64,000 bases of DNA. It comes from Thermodesulfobacteriota bacterium. Its GTDB lineage: Bacteria; Desulfobacterota; Desulfobacteria; Desulfobacterales; SURF-7. The DNA lies in the NCBI GenBank assembly GCA_049320885.1, contig JBMORA010000035.1:39054-103053 (forward strand), read 5' to 3'. The first letter of the stretch is position 1. Each line of letters begins with the position of its first letter. A program made the translations under genes and the position numbers. The notes beneath the pieces were generated by a model. The model had not been told where the DNA came from. It did not search any database and was given only the letters and a program-made list of their open reading frames with translations. Below are positions 9,012 to 19,511 of the stretch, one piece after another.

Positions 9012-11408
9012 TCATGCCGGGTCCTCCGGGGCGGCGTTCCGGATTTCCCGGGCTTTTAAACGGCCCTGGATGTATTTTCCCAGGACCCAGACGGCCTGAT
9101 CCGCGGAGCGGAAGACGGGCAGGCCGCCGGACTGGAAGGCCTCGGCCAGGGGGTCGTACAGGGGGCCGCTGTCCACCACGATAATCAGGGGTTTGTCGGA
9201 TCGTGCGGCCAGATGGATGATGTTGCGGGCCGGATTGCCGCCGTCCATCCCGGACGCCGCGGGCCGGAGAGTGTGCAGAAGGGGGGTCAGTGGCACCAGG
9301 GCCGCGATGACGGCGTCCACCGTCGGATCCTGGAGCAGGATTTCGATGACCGCTTCGTAAACCGTTTCGTCGGCCATGGGGGTGAGATCCAGGGGATTGT
9401 TCAGGTCCACCAGGGTGTCGAGATGGGCGTCCCGCAGGGTTTGCAGGAGTCGCTGCCGGGTGTCCGGGGTGAGCCCGGCCATTTCCAGGCGATAATCCTC
9501 GCCCAGAATGTTGTCGGCAATGCCCACGGATTCGTATCCCGCATTGCTCACCGCCGCCAGCCGGTTGCCGGATATGGTTTTACCGCCCAGGGCGGAGGAA
9601 AGCCGGAAAAGTCCCTCGAAGCCGGTGAAGGTGGTGGCCACCATGGCGCCGGCCTGGCGGACGCAGGCTTCGCAGACCATGTAATCGCTGGCCAGGGACG
9701 CGGTGTGGCTTGACATGGCGGTTTTGCCTTCGGGCGTCCTGCCGGCCTTGTAGAAGATGACATCCTTGCCTTTCCGGACAGCCTCCCGGATGGCCCGCGC
9801 GAAATTCAGGCCGTCCAGATCCCGGAACCCTTCCATGTAAGAGGCCACGGTTTTAATGGAGTCGATGCGGTTGATGAACCGCAGCATGTCGCCGGCGGTC
9901 ATGTCGATCTGATTGCCGATGGAAACGGCGTAGGCCGGGTCCAGAAAATTCAGCTTGCTCATGCGGGTGATCATGTAGGCGCCGCTTTGACTGATAAAGG
10001 CGCTGGTGCGCGGATGGTCGCCGCGGTGCTTGGGCAGCTTGTCGTCGGGAATGAAAAACGTGTCGAATTTTCCTGGCTGGGAGAGAATGCCGAGGCTGTT
10101 GCCCCCCACAAAAAGGGGGCCGCCGCCGGGCTTGTTGCGGGCGGCGCGGATGTCCGTCTCGATTTCCAGGCTGCGTCCCGCGCTGCCTTTTTTTTCGCCC
10201 AGTCCACCGGGAATCAGCAAAACGGTTTCGGCCGCGTCCGTGTCGATGATGCGGCGTACCAGGTCCGGCACAGTATCGGCTTCCACCGCCAGAATCAGCA
10301 GGTCCGCCTTGGGGGCCAATTCCACAAGGGATGGAACCGTGGCAATGCCCTCAATCGGTTCGGCGGAGGGGTGGATGATCCGGAGGCCGGCCGGATCAAA
10401 GCCGTTTGCCAGAATATTCCGGAGGATGATGCGTCCCACATTCATGGATTTGCGGGAAACGCCGATCAGGGCGATCCGTTCGGGGTGCAGCAGGTTATGG
10501 ATTTTGACAATCGGCCTTTCAACCGGCAACGGCTGGGGCTTGGAAAAGCGGCAACGGCCGTCCAGGGGCAGCATCAGGTAATCGGCGAAGGCGAAGGGGT
10601 TGATTTCCAGATCCTCGATGACGAATCCGGCCGCGGGATTCAGGGGTGAAAAATGATTTCCCAGGGCGATGAAGGCGGAAAAACATTCTTGCAACTGTTC
10701 GTCGGTCACCAGCCGGCGGTGTCCGCGGGTCAGCCCGGCCAGTTTCTTGTAGGAAATGGTGCGCTTGAAAAGGGGAAAAAACGCCTCGCCGCCAGTCATG
10801 ACCGTGGAGGCCGTCGCGGCGGCCTGCCCTTTTTTCAGGCTTTCGGCGTAGAGCTCCGTGTCGGTGCCGCCCAGGCCGGCGGTGATGGTCATGCCGAATT
10901 CCCGGGTTCTTCTGAGGCTGACGATCAACTCGTTGCCGAATTCGTGGGAGACATCCGGAATATACTGGCAGATGAGCACGCCCTGGATATCCCGGGCGAT
11001 GGCCGCGATCAAGTCTTCGCCCCGCAGATCCCGATAGATTTCCGGCGTTAGGGCGGGGTTGGTTTCCAGCATCCGGGCGAAGGCGGCCGGAACCTCATAT
11101 AGCATGGCCCGGGTGGCCGAGAGGATTTTTTCCGGATCCTTCCGGGTGATGCGCACGCCGCCCACATCGCTTTTATGAGTGATGAACGGCGATACGATCT
11201 TGACGACGATATCCCCGCCCGGCAGGGAGTTCAGAATGTCCGGATTCAGACGCGCATCCCTGGCCAACAGCGAAAAACGGGGCAGGGTTTCGGCGCCGGA
11301 CAGACGGATCAGTTCATAGACTTCATGCTCATACAGAAAACTGCGGTTTTCCGTTTGCGCTTGGGAGAACAACCCGGCGATGGATTTCAAGTCGACATGG
11401 ATGTCCAC
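9012..11408 (-). CDS. ADP-forming acetyl/acyl-CoA synthetase family protein (ATP-grasp, CoA-binding and ligase domains fused)
   Basis: ATP-grasp-like N-terminus (VVKIVSPFITHKSDVGGVRI). CoA-binding segment (PERIALIGVSRKSMNVGRIILRNILANGFD). Succinyl-CoA-ligase-like C-terminal half. Start proposed at GTG 11408 behind AGGAG; the listed ATG at 11516 has no SD. Confidence 0.8.
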   Translation of the reverse strand: MDIHVDLKSIAGLFSQAQTENRSFLYEHEVYELIRLSGAETLPRFSLLARDARLNPDILNSLPGGDIVVKIVSPFITHKSDVGGVRITRKDPEKILSATRAMLYEVPAAFARMLETNPALTPEIYRDLRGEDLIAAIARDIQGVLICQYIPDVSHEFGNELIVSLRRTREFGMTITAGLGGTDTELYAESLKKGQAAATASTVMTGGEAFFPLFKRTISYKKLAGLTRGHRRLVTDEQLQECFSAFIALGNHFSPLNPAAGFVIEDLEINPFAFADYLMLPLDGRCRFSKPQPLPVERPIVKIHNLLHPERIALIGVSRKSMNVGRIILRNILANGFDPAGLRIIHPSAEPIEGIATVPSLVELAPKADLLILAVEADTVPDLVRRIIDTDAAETVLLIPGGLGEKKGSAGRSLEIETDIRAARNKPGGGPLFVGGNSLGILSQPGKFDTFFIPDDKLPKHRGDHPRTSAFISQSGAYMITRMSKLNFLDPAYAVSIGNQIDMTAGDMLRFINRIDSIKTVASYMEGFRDLDGLNFARAIREAVRKGKDVIFYKAGRTPEGKTAMSSHTASLASDYMVCEACVRQAGAMVATTFTGFEGLFRLSSALGGKTISGNRLAAVSNAGYESVGIADNILGEDYRLEMAGLTPDTRQRLLQTLRDAHLDTLVDLNNPLDLTPMADETVYEAVIEILLQDPTVDAVIAALVPLTPLLHTLRPAASGMDGGNPARNIIHLAARSDKPLIIVVDSGPLYDPLAEAFQSGGLPVFRSADQAVWVLGKYIQGRLKAREIRNAAPEDPA

Positions 11409-11557
11409 ATGTAACTCCTGAATGAGGGGTTGTGGATGAATAGCCGTTTCAGTGTAGCAGGAGCGGTCTGGAATTTCAACGAAACATCGCAGCCAGTTGA
11501 CTAAACAGACTCGCATGTCGTACCATCGATTCTTTCAGAAAAGAAGAGGATCAACAG

Positions 11558-13015
11558 ATGCCCAAAGTCTTTTTGCATATTTTTGACACGATCCTCGGTT
11601 CCGTCCGTGAACCGTTGGTGGTGCTTGATTCGGATTTGAAAGTTGTCAGAGCCAACGATGCTTTTTATCAGACCTTCCACGTGAAACCTGAAAAGACGGA
11701 GGGGAAGATCATATACGATCTCGGCAACCGACAATGGGACATACCCAAACTCAGGGAACTGCTCGAGAATATCCTGCCTCAGAATACGAAATTCAATGAT
11801 TTTGAAGTGGAACATACCTTTGAAACCATCGGCCGAAAGATAATGCATCTGAATGCCAGACGGATTTACGGAAAGCTGAAGAAACCGCAGATGATCCTCC
11901 TGGCCATCGAGGATGTAACCGAACGCGAATATTATAAAAGGCATCTTGAGGAATTGGTTGAAGAACGAACGACTGAACTCAGGAGGTCAAGAGAAGCGGC
12001 GGAAACGGCGCTTGCAGAAATAAAGGATTTGAAAGAAAAGCTTGAAGCCGAAAGAACATATCTTCAGGAAGAAATCAAGCTGGAATACAACCATGAAAAC
12101 ATTATCGGTCAAAGCAACGAAATCAATTATGTGTTTTATAAGGTAGAGCAAATTGCGCGTACGGATACGAACGTGTTGGTTCTGGGCGAAACCGGAACCG
12201 GCAAAGAGCTGGTCGCACGGGCAATTCATGGCTTGAGCTCACGAAAAAATCGCGCTTTGGTCAAGATGAATTGCGCCACACTCCCATCAAATCTGATTGA
12301 AAGTGAGCTGTTTGGGCACGAGAAAGGCGCGTTCACCGGCGCCCAGGCAAGGCGGTTGGGGCGATTTGAGATTGCCCACGGTGCCACCTTGTTTCTCGAT
12401 GAAATCGGCGAACTGCCGTTGGAATTGCAACCGAAGTTGCTCCAGGTAATTCAATGCGGTGAGTTCGAACGGTTGGGAAGCTCGGAAACGATCAAGGTAG
12501 ATGTGCGAATCATCGCAGCCACAAATCGCCATCTGGAGGAAGAAGTCTGCATGGGGCGATTCCGGGAGGATCTCTGGTACCGGCTGAATGTGTTTCCAAT
12601 TACGATGCCACCGCTCCGAAATCGGGTGGACGACATCCCCCTTCTGGTGAGGTTTTATGTTGATAAGATTTCAAAACGACTCGGCAAATCCATCCAGTTG
12701 ATTCCAGCGGGCGTGATGGGGGCGTTGCAGAATTATCATTGGCCCGGCAACGTTCGCGAACTGGAAAATGTTCTGGAGCGGGCGGTGATCAGTTCCTCGG
12801 GGACCAAACTGCGGCTGGTGGATGATCTTGAATTGCCCAACAGGAAATCGGCGTTGGCAGAACGGACCCTGCGGGAGGTCGAACGGGAATATATTATCCG
12901 TGTACTTGACCAGACCCAATGGAAAATAAGCGGGAAAAAAAGCGCCGCCGAGATCCTCGGTCTTGACCGCAGCACCCTGCGCGCCCGGATGCGCAAGCTC
13001 GGTATTCAAAAATGA
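11558..13015 (+). CDS. Sigma54-dependent transcriptional activator (PAS, AAA+, Fis-type HTH)
   Basis: PAS-like N-terminus. Walker [16 protein letters not shown]. Sigma54-contact loop [16 protein letters not shown]-terminal [25 protein letters not shown]. Confidence 0.9.
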   Translation: MPKVFLHIFDTILGSVREPLVVLDSDLKVVRANDAFYQTFHVKPEKTEGKIIYDLGNRQWDIPKLRELLENILPQNTKFNDFEVEHTFETIGRKIMHLNARRIYGKLKKPQMILLAIEDVTEREYYKRHLEELVEERTTELRRSREAAETALAEIKDLKEKLEAERTYLQEEIKLEYNHENIIGQSNEINYVFYKVEQIARTDTNVLVLGETGTGKELVARAIHGLSSRKNRALVKMNCATLPSNLIESELFGHEKGAFTGAQARRLGRFEIAHGATLFLDEIGELPLELQPKLLQVIQCGEFERLGSSETIKVDVRIIAATNRHLEEEVCMGRFREDLWYRLNVFPITMPPLRNRVDDIPLLVRFYVDKISKRLGKSIQLIPAGVMGALQNYHWPGNVRELENVLERAVISSSGTKLRLVDDLELPNRKSALAERTLREVEREYIIRVLDQTQWKISGKKSAAEILGLDRSTLRARMRKLGIQK

Positions 13016-13133
13016 AACCCGGCCGGAAAGCGCATTGCCCGCTCGTAAACCAGCAATGATATCCCGGCCCGGTTCGATGGTTCTTTTCACCGTAAACCGA
13101 ATCTGACCCACCGAAACCCAATCTCCGAAACAA

Positions 13134-13164
13134 GGTCATATATGACCATTGGTTACATATGACC
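13134..13164. promoter_or_regulatory. Tandem 14-bp palindromes, candidate activator-binding site (UAS) copy 1
   Basis: GGTCATATATGACC (13134-13147, perfect palindrome), ATT, GGTTACATATGACC (13151-13164). Nearly identical to 17074-17104. Lies ~100 bp upstream of a -24/-12-like motif. Confidence 0.55.
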
Positions 13165-13265
13165 CGGTCGATCAAGTTGTTTCTACCGGCCCCGCTGAAA
13201 ACGAGAAAATGAATTGTTTATAGATATCAAAACGATGTTTTATCAAAACGATTATATTTAACATT

Positions 13266-13280
13266 CGGCATGAAGTTTGA
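13266..13280 (+). promoter_or_regulatory. Sigma54-like promoter with a non-canonical -12 element, upstream of the KH gene
   Basis: CGGCATGAAGTTTGA has the spacing of TGGCAC-N5-TTGC but carries TTGA in place of TTGC. The same variant occurs at 16963-16977 on the other strand. It lies 100 nt before the ATG at 13380. Confidence 0.4.
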
Positions 13281-13379
13281 TTACCTAAATGAATGACTGC
13301 ATGCTGGTTATTGCAGGACTCGTTTTGTCGGCTCCACATGACTTATACTTTCGATCCGTGGGAGAAAAAGAGGTGCGCC

Positions 13380-13610
13380 ATGAAACAACTGATAGAAATC
13401 ATTGCCCGAGAGCTGGTTGATGAACCGAATGTCGTATCTATTACAGAAGTTGGGGGGATGTACACATCCATTCTAGAGCTGCGGGTCGCAAAATCGGATA
13501 TCGGCAAGATAATCGGCAAAAATGGTCGGACCGTCAGTGCGCTGCGGACCATCATCAGCGCTGTTTCTGCAAAAGGAAAAAAGCGCACGGTCCTTGAAAT
13601 CCTTGAATAG
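13380..13610 (+). CDS. KH-domain RNA-binding protein (YlqC/UPF0109-like)
   Basis: 76 aa, MKQLIEIIARELVDEPNVVSITEVGG...ILELRVAKSDIGKIIGKNGRTVSALRTIISAV, with the GxxG loop (GKNG). SD GAGAAAAAGAGG upstream. The longer listed ORF from 13293 is not needed. Confidence 0.8.
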   Translation: MKQLIEIIARELVDEPNVVSITEVGGMYTSILELRVAKSDIGKIIGKNGRTVSALRTIISAVSAKGKKRTVLEILE

Positions 13611-13644
13611 CGCAAACATCCTGAAATACCGGGAGGTGGGAGCA

Positions 13645-13980
13645 ATGATCATCGTCAGAATTACAATGAGCGTACTTTCGGAAAAACAGAAAGAGCTGGT
13701 GCAGACCCTGCTCTCCATGATGGCGCCGTTGAAAGAAGAAGCCGGATGCCGGAGCTACGCCCTCTTTTGTGACATCGAGGATAAAAATCTGTTGACGCTT
13801 CTCGAAGAGTGGCGAACAAGAAAAGAGCTGGATCATCACTTGCGATCTGAAATGTTCGGCGTTCTGCTGGGAACGAAGAGTCTTTTAAACGAACCGCATG
13901 GAATTCATATCTACACCATTCAACAATCCGAAGGGGCGGAGGCCGTCCTGGCCGCGAGGGGCAAAAATATCGCCCCGTGA
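13645..13980 (+). CDS. ABM (antibiotic-biosynthesis-monooxygenase)-like small protein
   Basis: 111 aa, MIIVRITMSV...KQKELVQTLLSMMAPLKEEAGCRSYALFCDIEDKNLLTLLEEWRTRKELDHHLRS, the ferredoxin-like ABM/Dabb pattern. SD GGGAGGTGGG upstream. Confidence 0.6.
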   Translation: MIIVRITMSVLSEKQKELVQTLLSMMAPLKEEAGCRSYALFCDIEDKNLLTLLEEWRTRKELDHHLRSEMFGVLLGTKSLLNEPHGIHIYTIQQSEGAEAVLAARGKNIAP

Positions 13981-14230
13981 TCCCATGGGCATTGAAAGGC
14001 AGGGGTCTGAATTCAATCTCCACAAAACAACGAACCGCTGCCGGTACATCAATGAATAACGAGCAGATGGAAGATAAACGCAAAACAAAAAGCAGGCTGA
14101 TCAGTGAGCGGAACCCTGCAATATGCGGCGTGCATTTGGATTTGGCCTTGGCGAGCCATCACGAACGGAATTTGTGCATTCATATTCATTCAGGAAGAAT
14201 TTTCGCTCTGCTCCATTTTCATTTTTCCTC

Positions 14231-14605
14231 TCATCCTTTAGAGTCCGAATACAGAAAACCGGCAGTCGCTTTTTCAAGAGTCTGAAAAGTTAATGGTTTC
14301 GACAATACCAGATCGACATTTTCGTGTTTTGTTTTTCGCGATTCAAGGTCTTCAATCACACTGCCGGTTATCATGATCACCGGCGTATCCGGAGACTTTT
14401 GCTTTATACGTTTGGCTAGGATATACCCGTCCATCACCGGCATATACAAGTCCGTGGTTACAAGGTCGAATGGTGTTTGAGCAAACAGCCGCAACGCTTC
14501 CGACCCATTGAAGGCCGTCCTCACTTCATGCCCCATGTTACGGAGCATTTCAGACAGGACATCGCGCGATATTTGTTGATCATCCGTGACTAAAATGGTT
14601 GCCAT
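14231..14605 (-). CDS. Single-domain response regulator (REC)
   Basis: MATILVTDDQQISRDVLSEMLRNMGHEVRTAFNGSEALRL...FDLVTTDLYMPVMDGYILAKRIK...PVIMITGS. Start set at the internal ATG 14605. Confidence 0.85.
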   Translation of the reverse strand: MATILVTDDQQISRDVLSEMLRNMGHEVRTAFNGSEALRLFAQTPFDLVTTDLYMPVMDGYILAKRIKQKSPDTPVIMITGSVIEDLESRKTKHENVDLVLSKPLTFQTLEKATAGFLYSDSKG

Positions 14606-14667
14606 TCGGGTCCCCTTTGTTTGTAACAGTAAGTAAACCGTGCGTCCGGCAGCGACATTCATTTGGC

Positions 14668-15027
14668 TCATCGGCACTCTAAAACCGGTAATTTTTCAAA
14701 CAGGTCGATGCCGTCAAAGAGCAGCTCAATCGAACCGTCGCCCTTGGAATCATATAAATCCATGACGGATTCGGCGATTCTGATTGCATGGGGCGCGATG
14801 GGAAACAAGTTGCGGGTCCGCAGGGTCGCGACCAATGTCGCCATCCCCTCCCGAATGGAAGACAAAATAGCCGAACCTTCATACGTTTCTTCGCAGAGAA
14901 AAGAAAACGTTTCTTTGCACGCCATCGAAGAGCCTGTTTTCCTCAGCGCCCGTTGGATGATTGCATATTCTTTGATATTGAGCTTATTATTTAAACTTTC
15001 CCGGGAGATAAGAAATTTTTGTCGCAT
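14668..15027 (-). CDS. Hypothetical protein, co-oriented with groEL and REC
   Basis: 119 aa from MRQKFLISRESLNNKLNIKEYAIIQRALRKTG... The start at 15027 has GGAG 8 nt upstream. I recognise no family. Confidence 0.45.
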   Translation of the reverse strand: MRQKFLISRESLNNKLNIKEYAIIQRALRKTGSSMACKETFSFLCEETYEGSAILSSIREGMATLVATLRTRNLFPIAPHAIRIAESVMDLYDSKGDGSIELLFDGIDLFEKLPVLECR

Positions 15028-15067
15028 GCATTTTCTCCGTTTCATCCGGTTTCAATTGCAAATACGC

Positions 15068-15220
15068 TCATGGATTTTCGCCATCATCATGAGAAGGATT
15101 TGGTTCATCTTCCGGTTTTATGGTTTTACTATCCCGCTTGTTTTGTCGCTTTTGTTCTTTTTTTTCTTTTCTGGCCAGTTCTTTCTGGCGTTTTTTAAAT
15201 TGAAAATTGGTTTTCGCCAA
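15068..15220 (-). CDS. Candidate small basic protein (50 aa, TTG start), absent from the ORF track
   Basis: Hand translation of the minus strand gives (M)AKTNFQFKKRQKELARKEKKEQKRQNKRDSKTIKPEDEPNPSHDDGENP*. It is preceded by GGAGGAGGGGCAGCA and fills the groEL-to-hypothetical gap exactly. Confidence 0.35.
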   Translation of the reverse strand: MAKTNFQFKKRQKELARKEKKEQKRQNKRDSKTIKPEDEPNPSHDDGENP

Positions 15221-15271
15221 TGCTGCCCCTCCTCCGTTGGTTTTGTTGCCTGTAAAAATGGGCTGAACATT

Positions 15272-16945
<1,674 letters not shown>

Positions 16946-16962
16946 TCAGGCATTCTTTATAG

Positions 16963-16977
16963 TCAAGGTTTATGCCA
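16963..16977 (-). promoter_or_regulatory. Sigma54-like promoter with a non-canonical -12 element, upstream of groEL
   Basis: The minus strand reads TGGCATAAACCTTGA. GG and the TTGA are at the canonical -24/-12 spacing. It lies ~108 nt before the groEL ATG (16855). Confidence 0.4.
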
Positions 16978-17073
16978 ATATGGGTACAACCGGCTTAATT
17001 AAAAAATTGTTATGATATCAATATGTTTATTATTTGAAAGACGGTTGCCGGGAGAAGACGGGACACAAAGCAA

Positions 17074-17104
17074 GGTCATATATGACCATTGGTCATATAT
17101 GACC
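17074..17104. promoter_or_regulatory. Tandem 14-bp palindromes, candidate activator-binding site (UAS) copy 2
   Basis: GGTCATATATGACC (17074-17087), ATT, GGTCATATATGACC (17091-17104). It lies ~97 bp upstream (minus-strand sense) of the promoter-like motif at 16963-16977. Confidence 0.55.
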
Positions 17105-17205
17105 TTGCATCGCCGACAATTCTGATATTGGCGGCACTCAGCTTGAAATGATCACGAAACTCCTGAAAATATGTTGGCTCGGTTTTCCCGCCTTCACTGA
17201 GCGGG

Positions 17206-17415
17206 GTGGAACTCCAGCCGGAAATCGAGCAGCGGTATTTGAACGAGATCAAACTGTCCACCTGTCCTCAAATCATGCCAATCCGGGACGGTTATACGGC
17301 GCTGATAAATAAGGGTATGATTGAGATGACCATTCCCGACAACCCGAGGAGCCGGTTGCAGAAATACCGGCTTACCGAAAAAGGCAAGGCGCTCCTATCC
17401 GTCAAGGGAAGGTGA
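17206..17415 (+). pseudogene. C-terminal remnant of a Schlafen/AlbA_2-type ATP-binding regulator
   Basis: ...ALINKGMIEMTIPDNPRSRLQKYRLTEKGKALL is the tail I associate with AlbA_2/HATPase_c_4 regulators. There is no upstream coding continuation (a stop lies just before it). Confidence 0.4.
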
Positions 17416-17432
17416 CGAGGCAAACGAAACCC

Positions 17433-17494
17433 GTTTTTTTATCTGTGTCCATCCGAGCAATCTGTGGATAAACCGCTTTTCCCGCCGGCGGCAG
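17433..17494 (-). repeat. CACAGAT-type arm, inverted orientation
   Basis: The reverse complement reads CTGCCGCCGGCGGGAAAAGCGGTTTATCCACAGATTGCTCGGATGGACACAGATAAAAAAAC. This matches the left arms at 37931, 40027 and 41168. Confidence 0.7.
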
Positions 17495-17948
17495 AGAGAT
17501 TGATCCAAAAGATTTTTTGAAGATGGTTTCCGTCCTGTGTCCGCAGCTGACACACCATTGTGATACAGATAAACACAATCGGATTTTTCAATCCCCGATG
17601 AAAAAAGTATAGCATAAACAAATCAATGTATTATGGCGCTTTTTCATGGAAAAGACAATACAATTGAAATGTTAGGGTGATTGGTTCGAAAATGATGAAT
17701 AAATAAATACTTATCGGTATTGACAAGCCGCTGGCTTTCAGGTTTAGATAAAAATCTTCTTAATATTGTTAAAGTCGGGCGTTCATTTCCATTGATTTTC
17801 AGAGGTTGGCCATCGGCGTGGCCTATCTGGTGAAGCTGGCCCTGGACGCTACGCCTCCGGATCAGATGACCCCCGAACTCCTGGACTTCAGCCACGGCAT
17901 CTCCCTCGAGTTCGACAAAGCGATCCACTTCGAGATGCTTGAAAAAGA

Positions 17949-17987
17949 CTATCCACAGATGATGCAGATTAACACAGATGAAAACCG
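17949..17987 (+). repeat. CACAGAT-type arm, forward orientation
   Basis: ACTATCCACAGATGATGCAGATTAACACAGATGAAAACCG, just upstream of the DUF1016 gene. Confidence 0.7.
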
Positions 17988-18050
17988 TAACAATAAGCTG
18001 CGCGAATCTTCGAAACCCGCAGATTCAAACCATTTTGTGGAGGTCAGTAA

Positions 18051-19085
18051 GTGAGCGGACTGAAAAAAAGCAATCCAGGCCCGGACTACACCCACCTCCT
18101 TGCAGAGGTGAAAGAGCGTGTTCGTTCGGCGCAATATGCCGCGTTGAAATCGGTCAATACCGAGTTGGTCGGGCTGTATTGGGACATCGGGCGGATGATC
18201 GTGGAACGCCAGACAGACGCCGAACATGGCACGGCCATAGCTGAACAGTTGGCCAAGGATCTGAGGACAGAATTTCCCGGAATCAGCGGTTTTTCCCGGC
18301 GCAATGTCTTTTATATGCGGGAATTTTACCTGCTTTACCGCGACGATAAGCGAGTGCAACCACTGGTTGCACAAATCGGATGGACTCATAACCTGATGAT
18401 TTTTCAGCGCTGTAAAGATCCTTTGGAGCGGGAATTTTATATCCGCATGACCCAAAAATTCGGCTGGTCCAAGAATGTTCTTATCCACCAGATCGACAAC
18501 CAGAGCTATGAAAAATCCCTGCTCGGCCAGACCAATTTCGATCAGGCGCTGACACCGGAACTGCGCGGTCAGGCCAAATTGGCGGTGAAGGATGAATATA
18601 CCTTTGATTTTTTAGAATTGGGCGAGGAGCACAGCGAACGGGAGTTGGAACGGGCGCTGCTCGCCCGGATCGAAGACTTCCTAAGGGCCATGGGTGGTAT
18701 GTTCGCCTTCATGGGCAGTCAATATCGGTTGGAGATCGATGGCGAGGAATTTTTTATCGATCTGCTGCTGTTTCACCGGCGGTTGCGCTGTCTGGTGGCC
18801 ATTGAGTTGAAAATAGGGAAGTTCAGGCCGGAGTTTGTCGGCAAGATGCAGTTTTATTTGACCGCACTTGACCGACAGGTGAGGCATGAAGACGAAAATC
18901 TTTCTATCGGAATCATTCTTTGCAAAGAAAAGAGCCGTACGATTGTCGAGTATGCCTTGCACGATGCACGCAAGCCCATTGGGGTGGCAACCTATAGAAT
19001 CACCAAGACCTTGCCAAAGGAATTGAGAGGACAGTTGCCACTGCCGGAAGAGATTGCAGCCCTGCTGGAAGGGATTGAAGAATGA
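18051..19085 (+). CDS. DUF1016 (YhcG-like) PD-(D/E)XK nuclease-family protein, copy 1
   Basis: 344 aa. SAQYAALKSVNTELVGLYWDIGRMIVERQ...GWSKNVLIHQIDNQSYE...YTFDFLELGEEHSERELERALL...FAFMGSQYRLEIDGEEFFIDLLLFHRRLRCLVAIELKIGKF. Confidence 0.9.
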   Translation: MSGLKKSNPGPDYTHLLAEVKERVRSAQYAALKSVNTELVGLYWDIGRMIVERQTDAEHGTAIAEQLAKDLRTEFPGISGFSRRNVFYMREFYLLYRDDKRVQPLVAQIGWTHNLMIFQRCKDPLEREFYIRMTQKFGWSKNVLIHQIDNQSYEKSLLGQTNFDQALTPELRGQAKLAVKDEYTFDFLELGEEHSERELERALLARIEDFLRAMGGMFAFMGSQYRLEIDGEEFFIDLLLFHRRLRCLVAIELKIGKFRPEFVGKMQFYLTALDRQVRHEDENLSIGIILCKEKSRTIVEYALHDARKPIGVATYRITKTLPKELRGQLPLPEEIAALLEGIEE

Positions 19086-19408
19086 GTGCATACCCCTCAT
19101 TTGATCCGGGCACAGTTGAGGCCATTGCCAAGATGATAGGCGAAGGCTGGATCGCCGAAGAAGCCGTGGCCCTGGCCCTCTACTGTTTTCTCAAACACCC
19201 CGACATCTACGCCGACACCGTCATCCGCGCTGCCAACACCAACACCAACGGCGACTCGGATTCCATTGCCTGCATCGCCGGGGGGATCAGTGGTGCGTAT
19301 CTGGGGGTTGCGGCGATTTCCGGTGAATGGGTCAGACGGGTTGAAAAGATGGAATACCTGGACACTTTGGCGATTCGACTGGTTGAAAAAAAAGAGTTCA
19401 AGGTTTGA
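19082..19408 (+). pseudogene. C-terminal fragment of an ADP-ribosylglycohydrolase-family protein
   Basis: 108 aa with ...EEAVALALYCFLKHPD...DTVIRAANTNTNGDSDSIACIAGGISGAYLG... This matches only the last third of ARH/DraG-like enzymes. Its ATG overlaps the DUF1016 stop (ATGA). Confidence 0.6.
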
Positions 19409-19435
19409 AAGTTCAAGGTTCAGGGTTGAAAAACA
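19396..19435 (+). repeat. GTTCAAGGTT-type tandem arm
   Basis: GTTCAAGGTT TGAAA GTTCAAGGTT CAGGGTT GAAAAAC. Confidence 0.7.
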
Positions 19436-19511
19436 ATCAGGTGGTTAAAAATCCGGTTTTATTTTGTAAAAATATATAGTATGGTATGTATAAATATATA
19501 ATAAATACCTT

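Noticed and set aside
13195-13260. IHF-site call in the AT-rich spacer between the palindromes and the sigma54-like promoter
   Set aside because: The ATCAA-containing strings are present, but none fits WATCAANNNNTTR at the correct spacing when read carefully.
13293-13379. N-terminal extension of the KH-domain ORF (start at 13293), and the 13522 start of the ABM-like ORF
   Set aside because: The internal ATGs at 13380 and 13645 have strong SD sequences and give lengths typical of these families. The extensions overlap the promoter/5'-UTR or the upstream gene.
17644-17928. 94-aa minus-strand ORF in the AT-rich gap
   Set aside because: It overlaps the more coding-like plus-strand segment antisense, has no SD, and shows odd composition.
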